From positions 1-46,601 of the forward strand of contig JBKSNB010000086.1 of assembly GCA_046882025.1 (NCBI GenBank): 46,601 nt of DNA, written 5' to 3'. The stretch is from Alphaproteobacteria bacterium. GTDB taxonomy: Bacteria > Pseudomonadota > Alphaproteobacteria > Rs-D84. A program made the position numbers and the translations under genes. Below are positions 8,901 to 17,660 of the stretch, piece by piece (within the stretch, counting starts at the first letter, position 1; every line of letters begins with the position of its first letter). The notes below the pieces were generated by a model. It saw only the letters and a list, made by a program, of their open reading frames with translations. It had not been told where the DNA came from and searched no databases.

Positions 8901-9405
8901 AGAAATGCAAAAACGGGACACGACTGCGCAATGTTGCCGCATGGGCAATTGCCGCCATATCGTGTGCCTGTTGCACATTGTGGGACGACAACATTGCAAA
9001 CCCAGTCCCACGCACAGACATAACATCACTGTGGTCACCAAATATAGATAACGCATGCGTTGCAATCGCGCGCGCCGCCACATGCATAACAAACGGTGTT
9101 TGTTCACCCGCAATTTTATACATATTCGGAATCATTAACAGCAATCCCTGGGACGCCGTAAATGTTGTTGCCATTGCCCCCATCTGTAATGCCCCGTGCA
9201 AGGCACCCGCCGCACCAGCTTCTGACTGCATTTCTATAATTTCTGGAATTGCGCCCCAAATATTTTTCTTGTGCTGGAACGTCCAAGAATCCGCCAATTC
9301 ACCCATAGTACTGCTGGGGGTAATCGGATAAATCGCCGCAAAATCAACACATCGATACGCGACATCCGCCGCCGCCCAATTTCCATCAACAATCAAACTT
9401 GTCAT
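5911..9405 (-). CDS. nifJ: pyruvate:ferredoxin (flavodoxin) oxidoreductase, single-polypeptide NifJ/PFOR type
   Basis: 1164 aa from ATG 9405 (GAGGAA SD). N-terminus MTSLIVDGNWAAADVAYR...YPITPSS. Two 4Fe-4S motifs (CIQCGKCSMLCP, CTGCGICVKNCP). TPP-binding GGDGWAYDIGYGG. The 41 extra N-terminal codons in the ORF track are rejected. Confidence 0.95.
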   Translation of the reverse strand: MTSLIVDGNWAAADVAYRCVDFAAIYPITPSSTMGELADSWTFQHKKNIWGAIPEIIEMQSEAGAAGALHGALQMGAMATTFTASQGLLLMIPNMYKIAGEQTPFVMHVAARAIATHALSIFGDHSDVMSVRGTGFAMLSSHNVQQAHDMAAIAHAATLRSRVPFLHFFDGFRTSHEESRLSRIDDDVLSKLLPDDMVVAARSRGMSPDRPSIRGTAQNPDVYFQGREAANPLYQNTPEIVQNVMDEFSKLTGRNYSLVEYVGDKKAENVIVAMGSACETISETLRFLPKGLGLIKIHLYRPFPVDAFLHALPKTVKQVAVLDRTKEPGSIGEPLYQDIKTIVPCGVSVFGGRYGLGSKEFTPRDVKAIYEFMMRGDLHHNFTVGIDDDLSGLSLATDNAFSIEDKDVKTAILYGIGSDGTVGAVKNIVKIVGENSELYPQSYAVYDSKKSGGLTASHVRFSTKPIQSEYLVESADFISVSNFMIAQRFDVFKALRPGGTVMINTSMSPDVAFANLPRDVQAHLIRMRANVYFLDANSAAAKLGLGNRINTFIMLNFFNLTKIIDPKVAADSAKDAIEKTYRKKGMDVVQANWSAVDTASDYLVQYKLPSSVSNFAPDFVPAMTADAPAEIAGTLGEIAANHGDEIPVSRFKVDGAFGAGQYPVGTSKYEKRGISENVATCDLNKCIQCGKCSMLCPHAAIRIKVMTRQQADEAEKHGVIVVPMKTPELGEGMYYTLTISPADCTGCGICVKNCPVHALSMIKKQDADVNQVAFDTAQKIPDISRDKLNLNIPKHIELLPHYFEFPGACAGCGETPYIKLLSHLFGDRMIVANATGCSSIYGANLPTTPWTTDSNGRGPAWSNSLFEDNAEYGLGMRIALNQKRDALRALLHELQIENADAVFDIDSVVKQRETESDLRKKLKRFKNPIARQAEVLLDSIVDKSVWIIGGDGWAYDIGYGGLDHVLHSGENVNILVLDTEGYSNTGGQQSKATPFGASMKFAIGGKERAKKDLGMIAMMSGAYVAQIALGANQAQAIHALREAESFDGPSLILAYAPCIAHGFNLQNAPEHQTRLVQTGAWPLYRFDPRLIGEGHYPLTMDSNTDEIVPLEDFLKTESRFGAARAANQNFDKLVNMAKVNNKYKSDLKKYIAKFAMDNVKDEKK

Positions 9406-9437
9406 TATATTTCCTCGCGCTTTCTCTATCAGGCATG

Positions 9438-9466
9438 ATGATAGCCACTTTATAAAACCAACGCAA
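9438..9466 (-). promoter_or_regulatory. sigma70-like promoter candidate for PFOR (TTGCGT-N17-TATCAT on the minus strand)
   Basis: -35 at 9461-9466 and -10 at 9438-9443 on the minus strand, about 30 nt upstream of the ATG at 9405. Confidence 0.3.
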
Positions 9467-9544
9467 GAAATAATAAAACACCACTTGACAAACAAAAATT
9501 TTTGTGTCATATTTGTATCAACAAACAAAAAAAGGACAAAGATT

Positions 9545-10816
9545 ATGACAAGATTAAAAAGTGTTCCAACAATCTACGCAATCTCTAAAGACGTCCGTAC
9601 GCAAAAGGCGGATGTTGAAGACGGGAATTTTTTACTTCAAATTCATAATGCTGTAAAAAATCTGGATATCAAACAGGCAATAAATCTGTTAAAACAAACA
9701 GATATGATAAAACTGTTCATTTTTAACTATAACAACCCGGCAGATAGGCCAACACTATTTACAGTCCAGCAACATCTTGGACGTGTTAACCCGTGTCTTA
9801 ATCAAAACCAACATTGTCCTTACGTTTTGTACGCCTTGCTATTACCAATGGTTGAAAAACCACAATTTTATTTCAAATATTTCAGTGATGAAGAATTAAA
9901 AAATTTGTACGAAATAATACGATTTGTTCAATTGCAGGGTTTAACAAAACCGAATAAGGACAAATGCGATGAAAAATTATCTGAATTAAACAAAAACCTA
10001 ACAGAAACCAAAGACAAAGACATGGTTCAAACTTTTGTCAGATCGTATCACCGTGTTCAAATAATCAAGGATGTAGCAGACTTATGGCCAGACGCAGAAA
10101 AAATATTTAGCAACTGGGTTAAAGCACTAGAATCCAACAAACAAAATGAATCTACACCGCAATTAGTAACACAGAACAAAAAAAGTTCAGACGATTTGGC
10201 ACCACACGAACTTACAAAAGTATTCCACGTTGCAGCAACTGCGATAACCCAAAAAACTTTGGAAGATATTAGTTATTATTTACCTGCGGATGCGATTGTT
10301 CAAAAAAAATCTAAAGTTGGCAGTGATAAACTATATTTAAAACGCGACTATCTGGAACAATTTGAAACTATATTTAAGCGCGATTACTATAAAAAAGCGC
10401 AACGAGTTACCAAACCAAAACCAGCCGCAACAGAATCCACCAAACATAAATCGGCTAAAAACGAAACTGCGCCATCAGCCAGCATTGCAACAAAACCAGA
10501 AACAATTAAACAAACCACTTCTTCGGAACGAACCACAGAAGACCTTGAAGGCATTGAAGTCCTTGAAAGACAAGCATTATCGTTGTCAACTAGCGAAGAT
10601 GAAATCTATGCCAAACACAAAACGGAAAAAAGTTCTGATGAACGTGCCAAACTGCGTGACGAATTAGGGCGAATCAGCGACCAACGTGCCGAGATCGAAC
10701 AAAACATTATTGAATTACGCAAGGCAGACGCAAAAGTAAAATCTGCACTTTCCGAATACAACAAACTACTGGCTAGTGTTAAGGCACAAATTAGAAACCA
10801 AACAAAAATATATTAA
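9545..10816 (+). CDS. hypothetical protein (423 aa), no signal peptide
   Basis: ATG 9545 with AAGGA SD. Lys/Thr/Ser/Glu-rich. C-terminal coiled-coil-like segment (ERAKLRDELGRISDQRAEIEQNIIELRKADAKVK). No family recognised. Confidence 0.6.
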   Translation: MTRLKSVPTIYAISKDVRTQKADVEDGNFLLQIHNAVKNLDIKQAINLLKQTDMIKLFIFNYNNPADRPTLFTVQQHLGRVNPCLNQNQHCPYVLYALLLPMVEKPQFYFKYFSDEELKNLYEIIRFVQLQGLTKPNKDKCDEKLSELNKNLTETKDKDMVQTFVRSYHRVQIIKDVADLWPDAEKIFSNWVKALESNKQNESTPQLVTQNKKSSDDLAPHELTKVFHVAATAITQKTLEDISYYLPADAIVQKKSKVGSDKLYLKRDYLEQFETIFKRDYYKKAQRVTKPKPAATESTKHKSAKNETAPSASIATKPETIKQTTSSERTTEDLEGIEVLERQALSLSTSEDEIYAKHKTEKSSDERAKLRDELGRISDQRAEIEQNIIELRKADAKVKSALSEYNKLLASVKAQIRNQTKIY

Positions 10817-10820
10817 AACC

Positions 10821-10850
10821 AAAAGGACATAAAAATGTCCTTTTATTTTT
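10821..10850. terminator. bidirectional hairpin terminator between convergent genes
   Basis: AAAAGGACAT-AAAA-ATGTCCTTTT hairpin flanked by an A-run and a T-run. It overlaps the ctpA stop codon. Confidence 0.45.
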
Positions 10851-12225
10851 CTCCTTTGTCTGCAATTTCAAAAACATTTGAAGTAACAGAAATATCATTA
10901 CGTTCTTGTATTTTACCCATGGCGATAACCATATCCATTGCACGTTGCAATTGGTAATCCTGGGCATCTTTTTCCTCGTCTGTTAATTCTTTATCTTCGT
11001 CATCATCTGTTTTTTTAGATTCACTTTTTTTGCTTTTATCGTTTTTCAAAGAATTCTTAAACGATGCCTCTGAATAATCACTGTTACGCTTTTCTATTAC
11101 TTCCAATTTACTCTGCAACACTTCTACATCTGGGGTAATACCCTCATTCTGAATTGATTTGCCACTGGGGGTATAATAACGCGCAATTGTAATATGAATG
11201 GCTGTACCATCACCCAATGGTTTTTGTTGTTGCACACTGCCCTTGCCAAAACTCTGGGATCCCATAACCAATGCGCGCCCATTGTCCTGCAGTGCACCCG
11301 CCACAATTTCTGAGGCAGATGCCGACCCATGGTTTATCAAAACGACAATAGGTTTTCCATTTATCAAATCCCCTGGATTTGCGAAACTGCGTTCTATGTT
11401 ATTTTTATCCTTACCCCGTGTAGATACAATTTCACCACCATCTAAAAACGCATCAGAAACATCTATCGCTGCCGTCAAATACCCACCGGGATTATTACGA
11501 ACATCCAAAACATATCCAACGACATTTTTCTTTTCTAACTTCTTAATCGCATCCTTTAATTCCTTGGTGGTCGTTGCCCCAAAATCAGAAATACGAATAT
11601 ACCCAATTAACGGCGAATCTTCATCCGAATCGGCCAAACGTTTTTCTTCGGCCTTAACTGATTTAACTTTTATAATATCACGTTTCAACGTAATTGTTTT
11701 TGGTTCACTATCTTCGGAAACAATTGTCAACTTAACCTTGGTTCCAGGTTTACCCTTCATTTTTTTAACTGCCTGATTCAACGTCAAATCAAACACCTGT
11801 TCGTCATCAATCCTGATAATATAATCACCCGCCTTGATACCTGCACGCGCCGCCGGCGTATCATCAATGGGCGAAATAACGCGAACCGCACCCTTGTCAC
11901 TGGTAATTTGAATTCCCAAACCACCAAAAGTCCCCTGCGATTTATCGTTAAAATCTTTAAAATCATCGGCATTAAGGTATGAAGAATGCGGATCCAATTC
12001 GTTTAACATCGCATTCATTGCCGCTTCTAACATTTTCTTTTCATCGGCTTCTTCGACAAAATTATCCCGTGCCGTTTCAAAAACCAGCGCAAATTTTTTC
12101 AATTCATCATAAATTTGTTCATCTGTTAAATGTTTAACAGGCTCATCTTTTTTACCCTTGACCGCACCAAACGACATAACCGGACTTAAAACCAGCATCA
12201 ACAAAACAATAACTTTCTTTATCAT
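10843..12225 (-). CDS. ctpA: carboxy-terminal processing peptidase (S41, Ctp/Prc family)
   Basis: Signal peptide. PDZ domain (GGLGIQITSDKGAVRVISPIDDTPAARAGIKAGDYI). S41 Ser/Lys contexts (VLINHGSASASEIVAGALQD, FGKGSVQ). Lys/Asp/Glu-rich C-terminal extension. Confidence 0.9.
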   Translation of the reverse strand: MIKKVIVLLMLVLSPVMSFGAVKGKKDEPVKHLTDEQIYDELKKFALVFETARDNFVEEADEKKMLEAAMNAMLNELDPHSSYLNADDFKDFNDKSQGTFGGLGIQITSDKGAVRVISPIDDTPAARAGIKAGDYIIRIDDEQVFDLTLNQAVKKMKGKPGTKVKLTIVSEDSEPKTITLKRDIIKVKSVKAEEKRLADSDEDSPLIGYIRISDFGATTTKELKDAIKKLEKKNVVGYVLDVRNNPGGYLTAAIDVSDAFLDGGEIVSTRGKDKNNIERSFANPGDLINGKPIVVLINHGSASASEIVAGALQDNGRALVMGSQSFGKGSVQQQKPLGDGTAIHITIARYYTPSGKSIQNEGITPDVEVLQSKLEVIEKRNSDYSEASFKNSLKNDKSKKSESKKTDDDEDKELTDEEKDAQDYQLQRAMDMVIAMGKIQERNDISVTSNVFEIADKGEK

Positions 12226-12301
12226 ACGCCAAACCCTTTATTTGTAAAACAAGCATAATTCAAAAAAAACATCCCCGCAACATCATTTTACACAACACCG
12301 C

Positions 12302-12330
12302 TTGACAAAATGTGTTTTTTGTATTACCAT
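12302..12330 (+). promoter_or_regulatory. sigma70-like promoter (TTGACA-N17-TACCAT), leaderless-type, for the kinase-like gene
   Basis: -35 at 12302-12307, -10 at 12325-12330, ATG at 12338, 7 nt after the -10. No SD. The geometry is the same as at 2768-2806. Confidence 0.35.
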
Positions 12331-12337
12331 ACCAAGT

Positions 12338-13258
12338 ATGACAAAACTAAAAGATCTTAATCATGGTCGTGAAACATACGCCGTATATTACGGCGATAGG
12401 TACGTATTAAAACGTCCCCTGCCCGACACAGGCGAAGAAGCACAAAAAAAATGGTTGGCCAAACAACACAAAACCCAGGAAACCATAAATTTAATTCGTG
12501 ATGTTCAAAACCCTACGTATAATGTTCCTGAAATGGTATTTATAAACGATGACGAATTTCAAATCTTGGAAGAACGTGCGTTGGGGTATCCGTTAACACG
12601 TGATTTATACCGTAAATTATCACGTCGTCAACAATATGAAATTATAAACAGTATTGGTGCATTCTTGGTCGACATGAACGAACTAAAACCCGTTCAGCCC
12701 TGTGTATCGCACAAAATCGCAGACGAACTAAAATTTAATCGTTTAAACAATTTTATTGAAAACAAGATGCCTAAATTTTTCAACGTCAATGATATTAGGC
12801 AAATTGCAAAAATTCGTGACAAAGTCGGACTATTTGAATACGAAACGTTTCCCGCATGGTCACACTGTGATTTAAACCCTGGAAATGTAATATACGATCC
12901 CGAAACCAGCAAGTTATCCTTTATAGATTTTGCCGAAGCAAACTATCGTTTTGTATATCGCGATATTTTCGCATCACTACAAATCGAATTAGACATCTGC
13001 AAACAAGTATATGACATCTATACTAAATTACATAATAAAACATTGTATCCTATACCCAGTATCAAAAACGATAAATTACGCGAAATAATGATGTATCGTA
13101 TAATGGTTGTATGGTTAAAACGCTTTATCAAAGCCGCCGACGATTTACGTATCAATCCACGTGATGAAAAAAGCATCCGCAACAACATAGAAAAAATAGA
13201 ATTTATGCGTGAACAAATAACGAACTTTCAGTTACTGCAACGCAAAATGTCAAAGTAA
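12338..13258 (+). CDS. APH/choline-kinase-like phosphotransferase (protein-kinase-like fold)
   Basis: VLKRP (ATP-binding Lys context), Brenner motif HCDLNPGNVIY, metal-binding IDFAEA. Start set to ATG 12338. Confidence 0.7.
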   Translation: MTKLKDLNHGRETYAVYYGDRYVLKRPLPDTGEEAQKKWLAKQHKTQETINLIRDVQNPTYNVPEMVFINDDEFQILEERALGYPLTRDLYRKLSRRQQYEIINSIGAFLVDMNELKPVQPCVSHKIADELKFNRLNNFIENKMPKFFNVNDIRQIAKIRDKVGLFEYETFPAWSHCDLNPGNVIYDPETSKLSFIDFAEANYRFVYRDIFASLQIELDICKQVYDIYTKLHNKTLYPIPSIKNDKLREIMMYRIMVVWLKRFIKAADDLRINPRDEKSIRNNIEKIEFMREQITNFQLLQRKMSK

Positions 13259-13259
13259 A

Positions 13260-14330
13260 TCATTCTTCTTTGAACAAATATCCCGGATCAACTGCCTTGT
13301 TATTACGTCTGACTTCCAAATACATTTCTGTTTTACTGTTATCCATGCGTCCGACTGGTTCACCGGCTAAAACCTCTTGATCAATCAAAACATCTATTTC
13401 ACCCAGATTTGTCATAACAGTATTATACCCATTTTTGTGTGACATAATTATTACACGACCAAAGCCCTTAAAACTGTCGGCGAATTTAACGATTCCATCC
13501 GCAGGTGCTGCGACCAAGGCATCACCACGTGTTTTTATTCGCCACCCATCAGATTTTAACCCCAACGCTGTTTTTTCACCGTATCGAACGATCACCCGCC
13601 CCCGCACTGGCAGATTTAATTTACGTTTTGAAAAGTGCGCATCCGCTGACATTTCCGAACTGCCGACGCCCGCGGATAATTCCGAAATACTTTTTGCACG
13701 CGCCGACAATTCGCGCAATTTTTTCTGGGTTGCAGATTGTTCTGCCTTTAATTTTTGATTTTGCGCAGACCGAGTTTTCAACAACTTGTCCAACTCTGTT
13801 TTTTCCTTGGTATATTTTTTAGCACTGCGATCCAATTTTTCTTTTTCAATTTCGCGACTATTTAAAATTCTTTCCAATTCTGCGACCTGTGCGGCGGCAT
13901 GATTAATATCATCATCCACAGAATCTGCCATACCCGTCAAAATTGCAGACGTTAAAATATATTCACGCATATCATCAGAATCAAACGTAGGATGCGACGC
14001 AACGAACAAAATCATTCCCGCTGCATCACCCAGGTTTTCTTTATTTTTTTCCATTTCTTGAACAATTGCATCACGTTTAGCATCCAGTTCTGCTATTTTT
14101 TGCGATATTTTATCACGTTCTTCTTCCAAAGAACTAACCTTATCGGCCGCCTTAACCAATTGTTTTTTTGTTGTCGCGACATCACGTTCAGACACCTTGA
14201 CCTGTTCATCCAGTTTTTTATTTTGTTGTTCGACCTGCTTAATTTCTGTCTGAATGCGTGCCAATTCATCCGCCACCACCCCAGGCGCAGACAAAAACAC
14301 CAACAAAACCGCAACCAGTATCTGTTTCAT
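13260..14330 (-). CDS. EnvC-like coiled-coil M23/LytM-domain protein (murein hydrolase activator type)
   Basis: Signal peptide, ~200-aa coiled coil and a C-terminal LytM domain (GWRIKTRGDALVAAPADGIVKFADSFKGFGRVIIMSHKNGYNTVMTNL). The HxxxD/HxH metal ligands look degenerate. Confidence 0.8.
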   Translation of the reverse strand: MKQILVAVLLVFLSAPGVVADELARIQTEIKQVEQQNKKLDEQVKVSERDVATTKKQLVKAADKVSSLEEERDKISQKIAELDAKRDAIVQEMEKNKENLGDAAGMILFVASHPTFDSDDMREYILTSAILTGMADSVDDDINHAAAQVAELERILNSREIEKEKLDRSAKKYTKEKTELDKLLKTRSAQNQKLKAEQSATQKKLRELSARAKSISELSAGVGSSEMSADAHFSKRKLNLPVRGRVIVRYGEKTALGLKSDGWRIKTRGDALVAAPADGIVKFADSFKGFGRVIIMSHKNGYNTVMTNLGEIDVLIDQEVLAGEPVGRMDNSKTEMYLEVRRNNKAVDPGYLFKEE

Positions 14331-15547
14331 TATTTTTTTACAATAACGCGCAAGAACACCTTTTTACCTTTTTGCACCATAAATTCATCATTGGGCGCCA
14401 AGACGAATTGAACATCCGTAATTTTATTACCATCAATTTGGATACCGCCCTGCTCTACATTTCTGCGGGCCTCAGATTTAGAATCAAACAGGCCAGACGC
14501 GACCAAGAAATCAACAATTTTCATATCAGCGGCCATATCAATTTCGACACTCGGAACATTTGACCAATCTGTACCCCCACCAAACAAAGCAGACGCGGCC
14601 GCTTCGGCATCACGCGCCGCGGCGGTTCCATGTGCAATTTCTGTTGCCGCAAACGCCAAACGTTTTTTTGCAACATTTAATTCTGCACCCTGCAACGCCG
14701 ATAATTTTGCAATTTCATCCAACGGAATTTCCGTAAACAATTTCAAGAATTTTTCAACTAAATCATCGGGTGTATTGCGAAAATATTGGTAATATTCATA
14801 TGGACTTGTTTTATCTGCATTAACCCAAACCGCATTTCCCGCAGATTTGCCAATTTTATTACCATTTGAATCAGTGATTAACGCGGTGGACATAACGAAA
14901 ACTTCGCTCCCACATTTTTTGCGGACCAATTCGATTCCCATAACGGCGTTGCCCCATTGATCCGCACCACACAATTGCAATGTGCAATTATATTTTTTAT
15001 ACAGTGTCAGAAAATCAACCGCCTGAAACGTCATATAGTTAAATTCCAAAAATGTCATACCATTTTCCAGACGTTTTTTCACACTTTCCATAGATAGCAT
15101 ATGCGGCACTGTAAAATCAGTGCCAAATTGCGCCAAAAAATCAAGATGCGAATAATTTTTCATCCAATCATAATTATCCACCAATATTCCATCAGATGGC
15201 GCGTCACCAAACCGAATAAATTTCTGATACGAATGTTTCAGACCGGCAATATTTTTCTGTAACACTTCTTCACTCATCATTGGGCGACCAGAATCACGTC
15301 CCGATGGATCACCAATGCGACCCGTTGCGCCCCCAACCAACATTATCGGACGATGCCCAAACTTTTGAAACCAGCGCATCATCATAACCGGAACCAGATG
15401 CCCCACATGCAACGAATCAGCGGTTGGGTCACCGCCGAAATAGGCGGTAATTTTACCGTTATTCAGCGCATTATTCAACGCATCCATATTTGAAAACTGG
15501 TTTATAAAACCACGTGCTTGTAATTCCAATAATAATTCATTTTGCAT
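14330..15547 (-). CDS. tyrS: tyrosine--tRNA ligase
   Basis: HIGH motif (SLHVGHL), KMSKS-type loop (KIGKSAGN), C-terminal S4-like domain. 405 aa. Confidence 0.95.
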   Translation of the reverse strand: MQNELLLELQARGFINQFSNMDALNNALNNGKITAYFGGDPTADSLHVGHLVPVMMMRWFQKFGHRPIMLVGGATGRIGDPSGRDSGRPMMSEEVLQKNIAGLKHSYQKFIRFGDAPSDGILVDNYDWMKNYSHLDFLAQFGTDFTVPHMLSMESVKKRLENGMTFLEFNYMTFQAVDFLTLYKKYNCTLQLCGADQWGNAVMGIELVRKKCGSEVFVMSTALITDSNGNKIGKSAGNAVWVNADKTSPYEYYQYFRNTPDDLVEKFLKLFTEIPLDEIAKLSALQGAELNVAKKRLAFAATEIAHGTAAARDAEAAASALFGGGTDWSNVPSVEIDMAADMKIVDFLVASGLFDSKSEARRNVEQGGIQIDGNKITDVQFVLAPNDEFMVQKGKKVFLRVIVKK

Positions 15548-15620
15548 ATCTATCTGTTCCTTATTTCTTCACGAACGCATGATACATTAAATTCATACCC
15601 GTTTCAAGACCTTAGTTATA

Positions 15621-15657
15621 AAAACGAACCGCCCATTTGGGCGGTTGTCGTTTTTTT
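15621..15657. terminator. rho-independent terminator after tsf
   Basis: AACCGCCC-ATTT-GGGCGGTT hairpin flanked by an A-run and a T-run. Confidence 0.6.
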
Positions 15658-15672
15658 ACCTAAAATGTTTTT

Positions 15673-16542
15673 TTAGTTCAACATTTTTGCAACTTCGTCC
15701 GCCAGGTTATCGTCACGTTTTTCGATACCTTCACCAACAACGTAATATGCAAAGCCCGCCAATTTACCGCCGGCCTCCGCAACGACCTGCTTTACTGTCT
15801 TGGATGCATCCATAACGAATGGCTGTTCTTCCAAAACTGATTCTGCATACCATTTATTGATACGACCCTGAACCATTTTTTCAACAACCGCTTCTGGTTT
15901 ACCCGCTGTCGCACCAGATTCAATGAACACCTTCTTTTCACGTTCAACGGCCTTGGGGTCAACATCGGCAATTGTCATGAATTCAGGTTTATTCGCCGCA
16001 ATGTGCATCGCGATTTTGTTTCCAATCTCTGCAATTTTTGGATCGTTACCGTCAATTGCAACCACAACACCAATCTGACCCATACCCGGAACCATCGCAT
16101 TGTGAATGTATGAAAAGATATTGTCACCATGAACTTTCTCAATACGACGCAAATTCATATTTTCACCAATGGTTGCGATTGTTGCCGCGATATCGTCCTT
16201 GACTGCGTTCAATGTCGCATCAAAATCACCACCTAATTCCAACGCTTTGTTTGCAACATTTGCAACCAATGCCTGGAACTTTTCATTTTTGGCAACAAAA
16301 TCTGTTTCTGCGTTCAATTCAACGACACAGCCCAGATTGTCACATTTTACAACCGTCACCAAACCAGATGCCGCAACACGACCAGATTTAGATGCCGCCT
16401 TAACAATACCCTTTTGACGCAACCAATCGGATGCGGCCTCAATATCGCCATTGTTTTCAACCAATGCCTTTTTACAATCCATCATACCTGCGGATGTTTT
16501 TTCACGCAGTTGTTGAATTAATTTTGCTGTTACTTCTGCCAT
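15673..16542 (-). CDS. tsf: translation elongation factor Ts
   Basis: MAEVTAKLIQQLREKTSAGMMDCKKAL... N-terminus. Start ATG 16542 with GGGAGA SD. Lies directly downstream of rpsB. Confidence 0.95.
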   Translation of the reverse strand: MAEVTAKLIQQLREKTSAGMMDCKKALVENNGDIEAASDWLRQKGIVKAASKSGRVAASGLVTVVKCDNLGCVVELNAETDFVAKNEKFQALVANVANKALELGGDFDATLNAVKDDIAATIATIGENMNLRRIEKVHGDNIFSYIHNAMVPGMGQIGVVVAIDGNDPKIAEIGNKIAMHIAANKPEFMTIADVDPKAVEREKKVFIESGATAGKPEAVVEKMVQGRINKWYAESVLEEQPFVMDASKTVKQVVAEAGGKLAGFAYYVVGEGIEKRDDNLADEVAKMLN

Positions 16543-16567
16543 ATCTTTTTCTCCCACTGTTGATAGG

Positions 16568-17419
16568 TTATTTTGCGGCCTTGTCAGCCAATTTTTCACG
16601 ACGTTCTGCACGTGCTTCTGATGTCTTAGATTTTACTTTGGCTTCTTTGGTTTTAATATCATGTTCCAAATCATCTGCCGCCGCATCCATCATATCAGAT
16701 TGTGCCTTTTTACCAGCTGCACCACCCAAACGTTTTTCAATACCCGACAATATTGCATCAACGAATAAGTCACAATACAATTGTATCGCACGTGACGCGT
16801 CATCATTTCCTGGGACTGGGTAATCAACCAATTCTGGATTTGCATTTGTATCACAAATTGCAATTGTTGGAATATCCAAATTCTTGGCTTCATGAACAGC
16901 ATTCAATTCACGTGGAACATCAATCACAACCATCGCCTGTGGCGTGCCATGCATTTCCAAAATACCACCAAATACATCACGTAATTTTTCAACTTCTTTG
17001 GTCATAACACCAACTTCTTTCTTGGTCAATCCTAATTTTTCAGCGTTTTCAATGTCAGATTCCATTTTCTTTAAACGGCGAATGCTTTGTGAAACAGTTG
17101 TCCAGTTCGTCAACATACCGCCCAACCAGCGATTATTAACATAAAATTGACCACAACGTTCAGCCGCGTCTTTAACAATATCCTTGGCCTGATGTTTTGT
17201 TGCAACAAATAATACCTTGCCACCAGCGGCCGCGATTGCTTCCAATGCAACCAATGAACGATGTAACAGCGGTGCCGTCTTGTTCAAATTAATAATATGA
17301 ATTTTATCCTTAACCCCATAAACGTATGGTGTCATCAGTGGGTTCCAACGACGGGTGTGGTGACCAAAATGTGCCCCTGCTTCCATCAGTTGTTTCATAG
17401 TAAATGTCGGCAATGCCAT
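16568..17419 (-). CDS. rpsB: 30S ribosomal protein S2
   Basis: MALPTFTMKQLMEAGAHFGHHTRRWNP... Start ATG 17419 with AAGGA SD. Lys/Ala-rich C-terminal extension. Confidence 0.95.
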   Translation of the reverse strand: MALPTFTMKQLMEAGAHFGHHTRRWNPLMTPYVYGVKDKIHIINLNKTAPLLHRSLVALEAIAAAGGKVLFVATKHQAKDIVKDAAERCGQFYVNNRWLGGMLTNWTTVSQSIRRLKKMESDIENAEKLGLTKKEVGVMTKEVEKLRDVFGGILEMHGTPQAMVVIDVPRELNAVHEAKNLDIPTIAICDTNANPELVDYPVPGNDDASRAIQLYCDLFVDAILSGIEKRLGGAAGKKAQSDMMDAAADDLEHDIKTKEAKVKSKTSEARAERREKLADKAAK

Positions 17420-17612
17420 AATTTTATCCTTTTTTCTGTTGTTATCCTCGTTGGCAGGCAAAAACCAGATTTATTATCAATCCGACAGAAATTCCGCCTA
17501 TCAACTGTGTTCTTCGCACCACAGTGCGTGCCGCCATCATAGACCAAAACCACAATAAAATCAAGTATTTTTTAACCAAAATAAAACATTGACAAAAAAA
17601 AACACCCGTGTA

Positions 17613-17641
17613 TTGACAAATATGTATTTTTGTATTATATA
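17613..17641 (+). promoter_or_regulatory. promoter candidate (TTGACA-N17-TATATA) for the S8 peptidase gene
   Basis: A second TTGACA lies at 17589-17594. The predicted leader is very short. Confidence 0.25.
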
Positions 17642-17660
17642 AATAGAAAGAGGCGAAAGT

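Noticed and set aside
11198-11776. 192-aa ORF on the + strand inside ctpA. Similar shadow ORFs occur inside PFOR, polA, the M23 gene (13435-14411) and the MotB-like coiled coil (36792-37202).
   Set aside because: All overlap strongly supported genes on the opposite strand or in another frame, and none has a start signal or recognisable motif.
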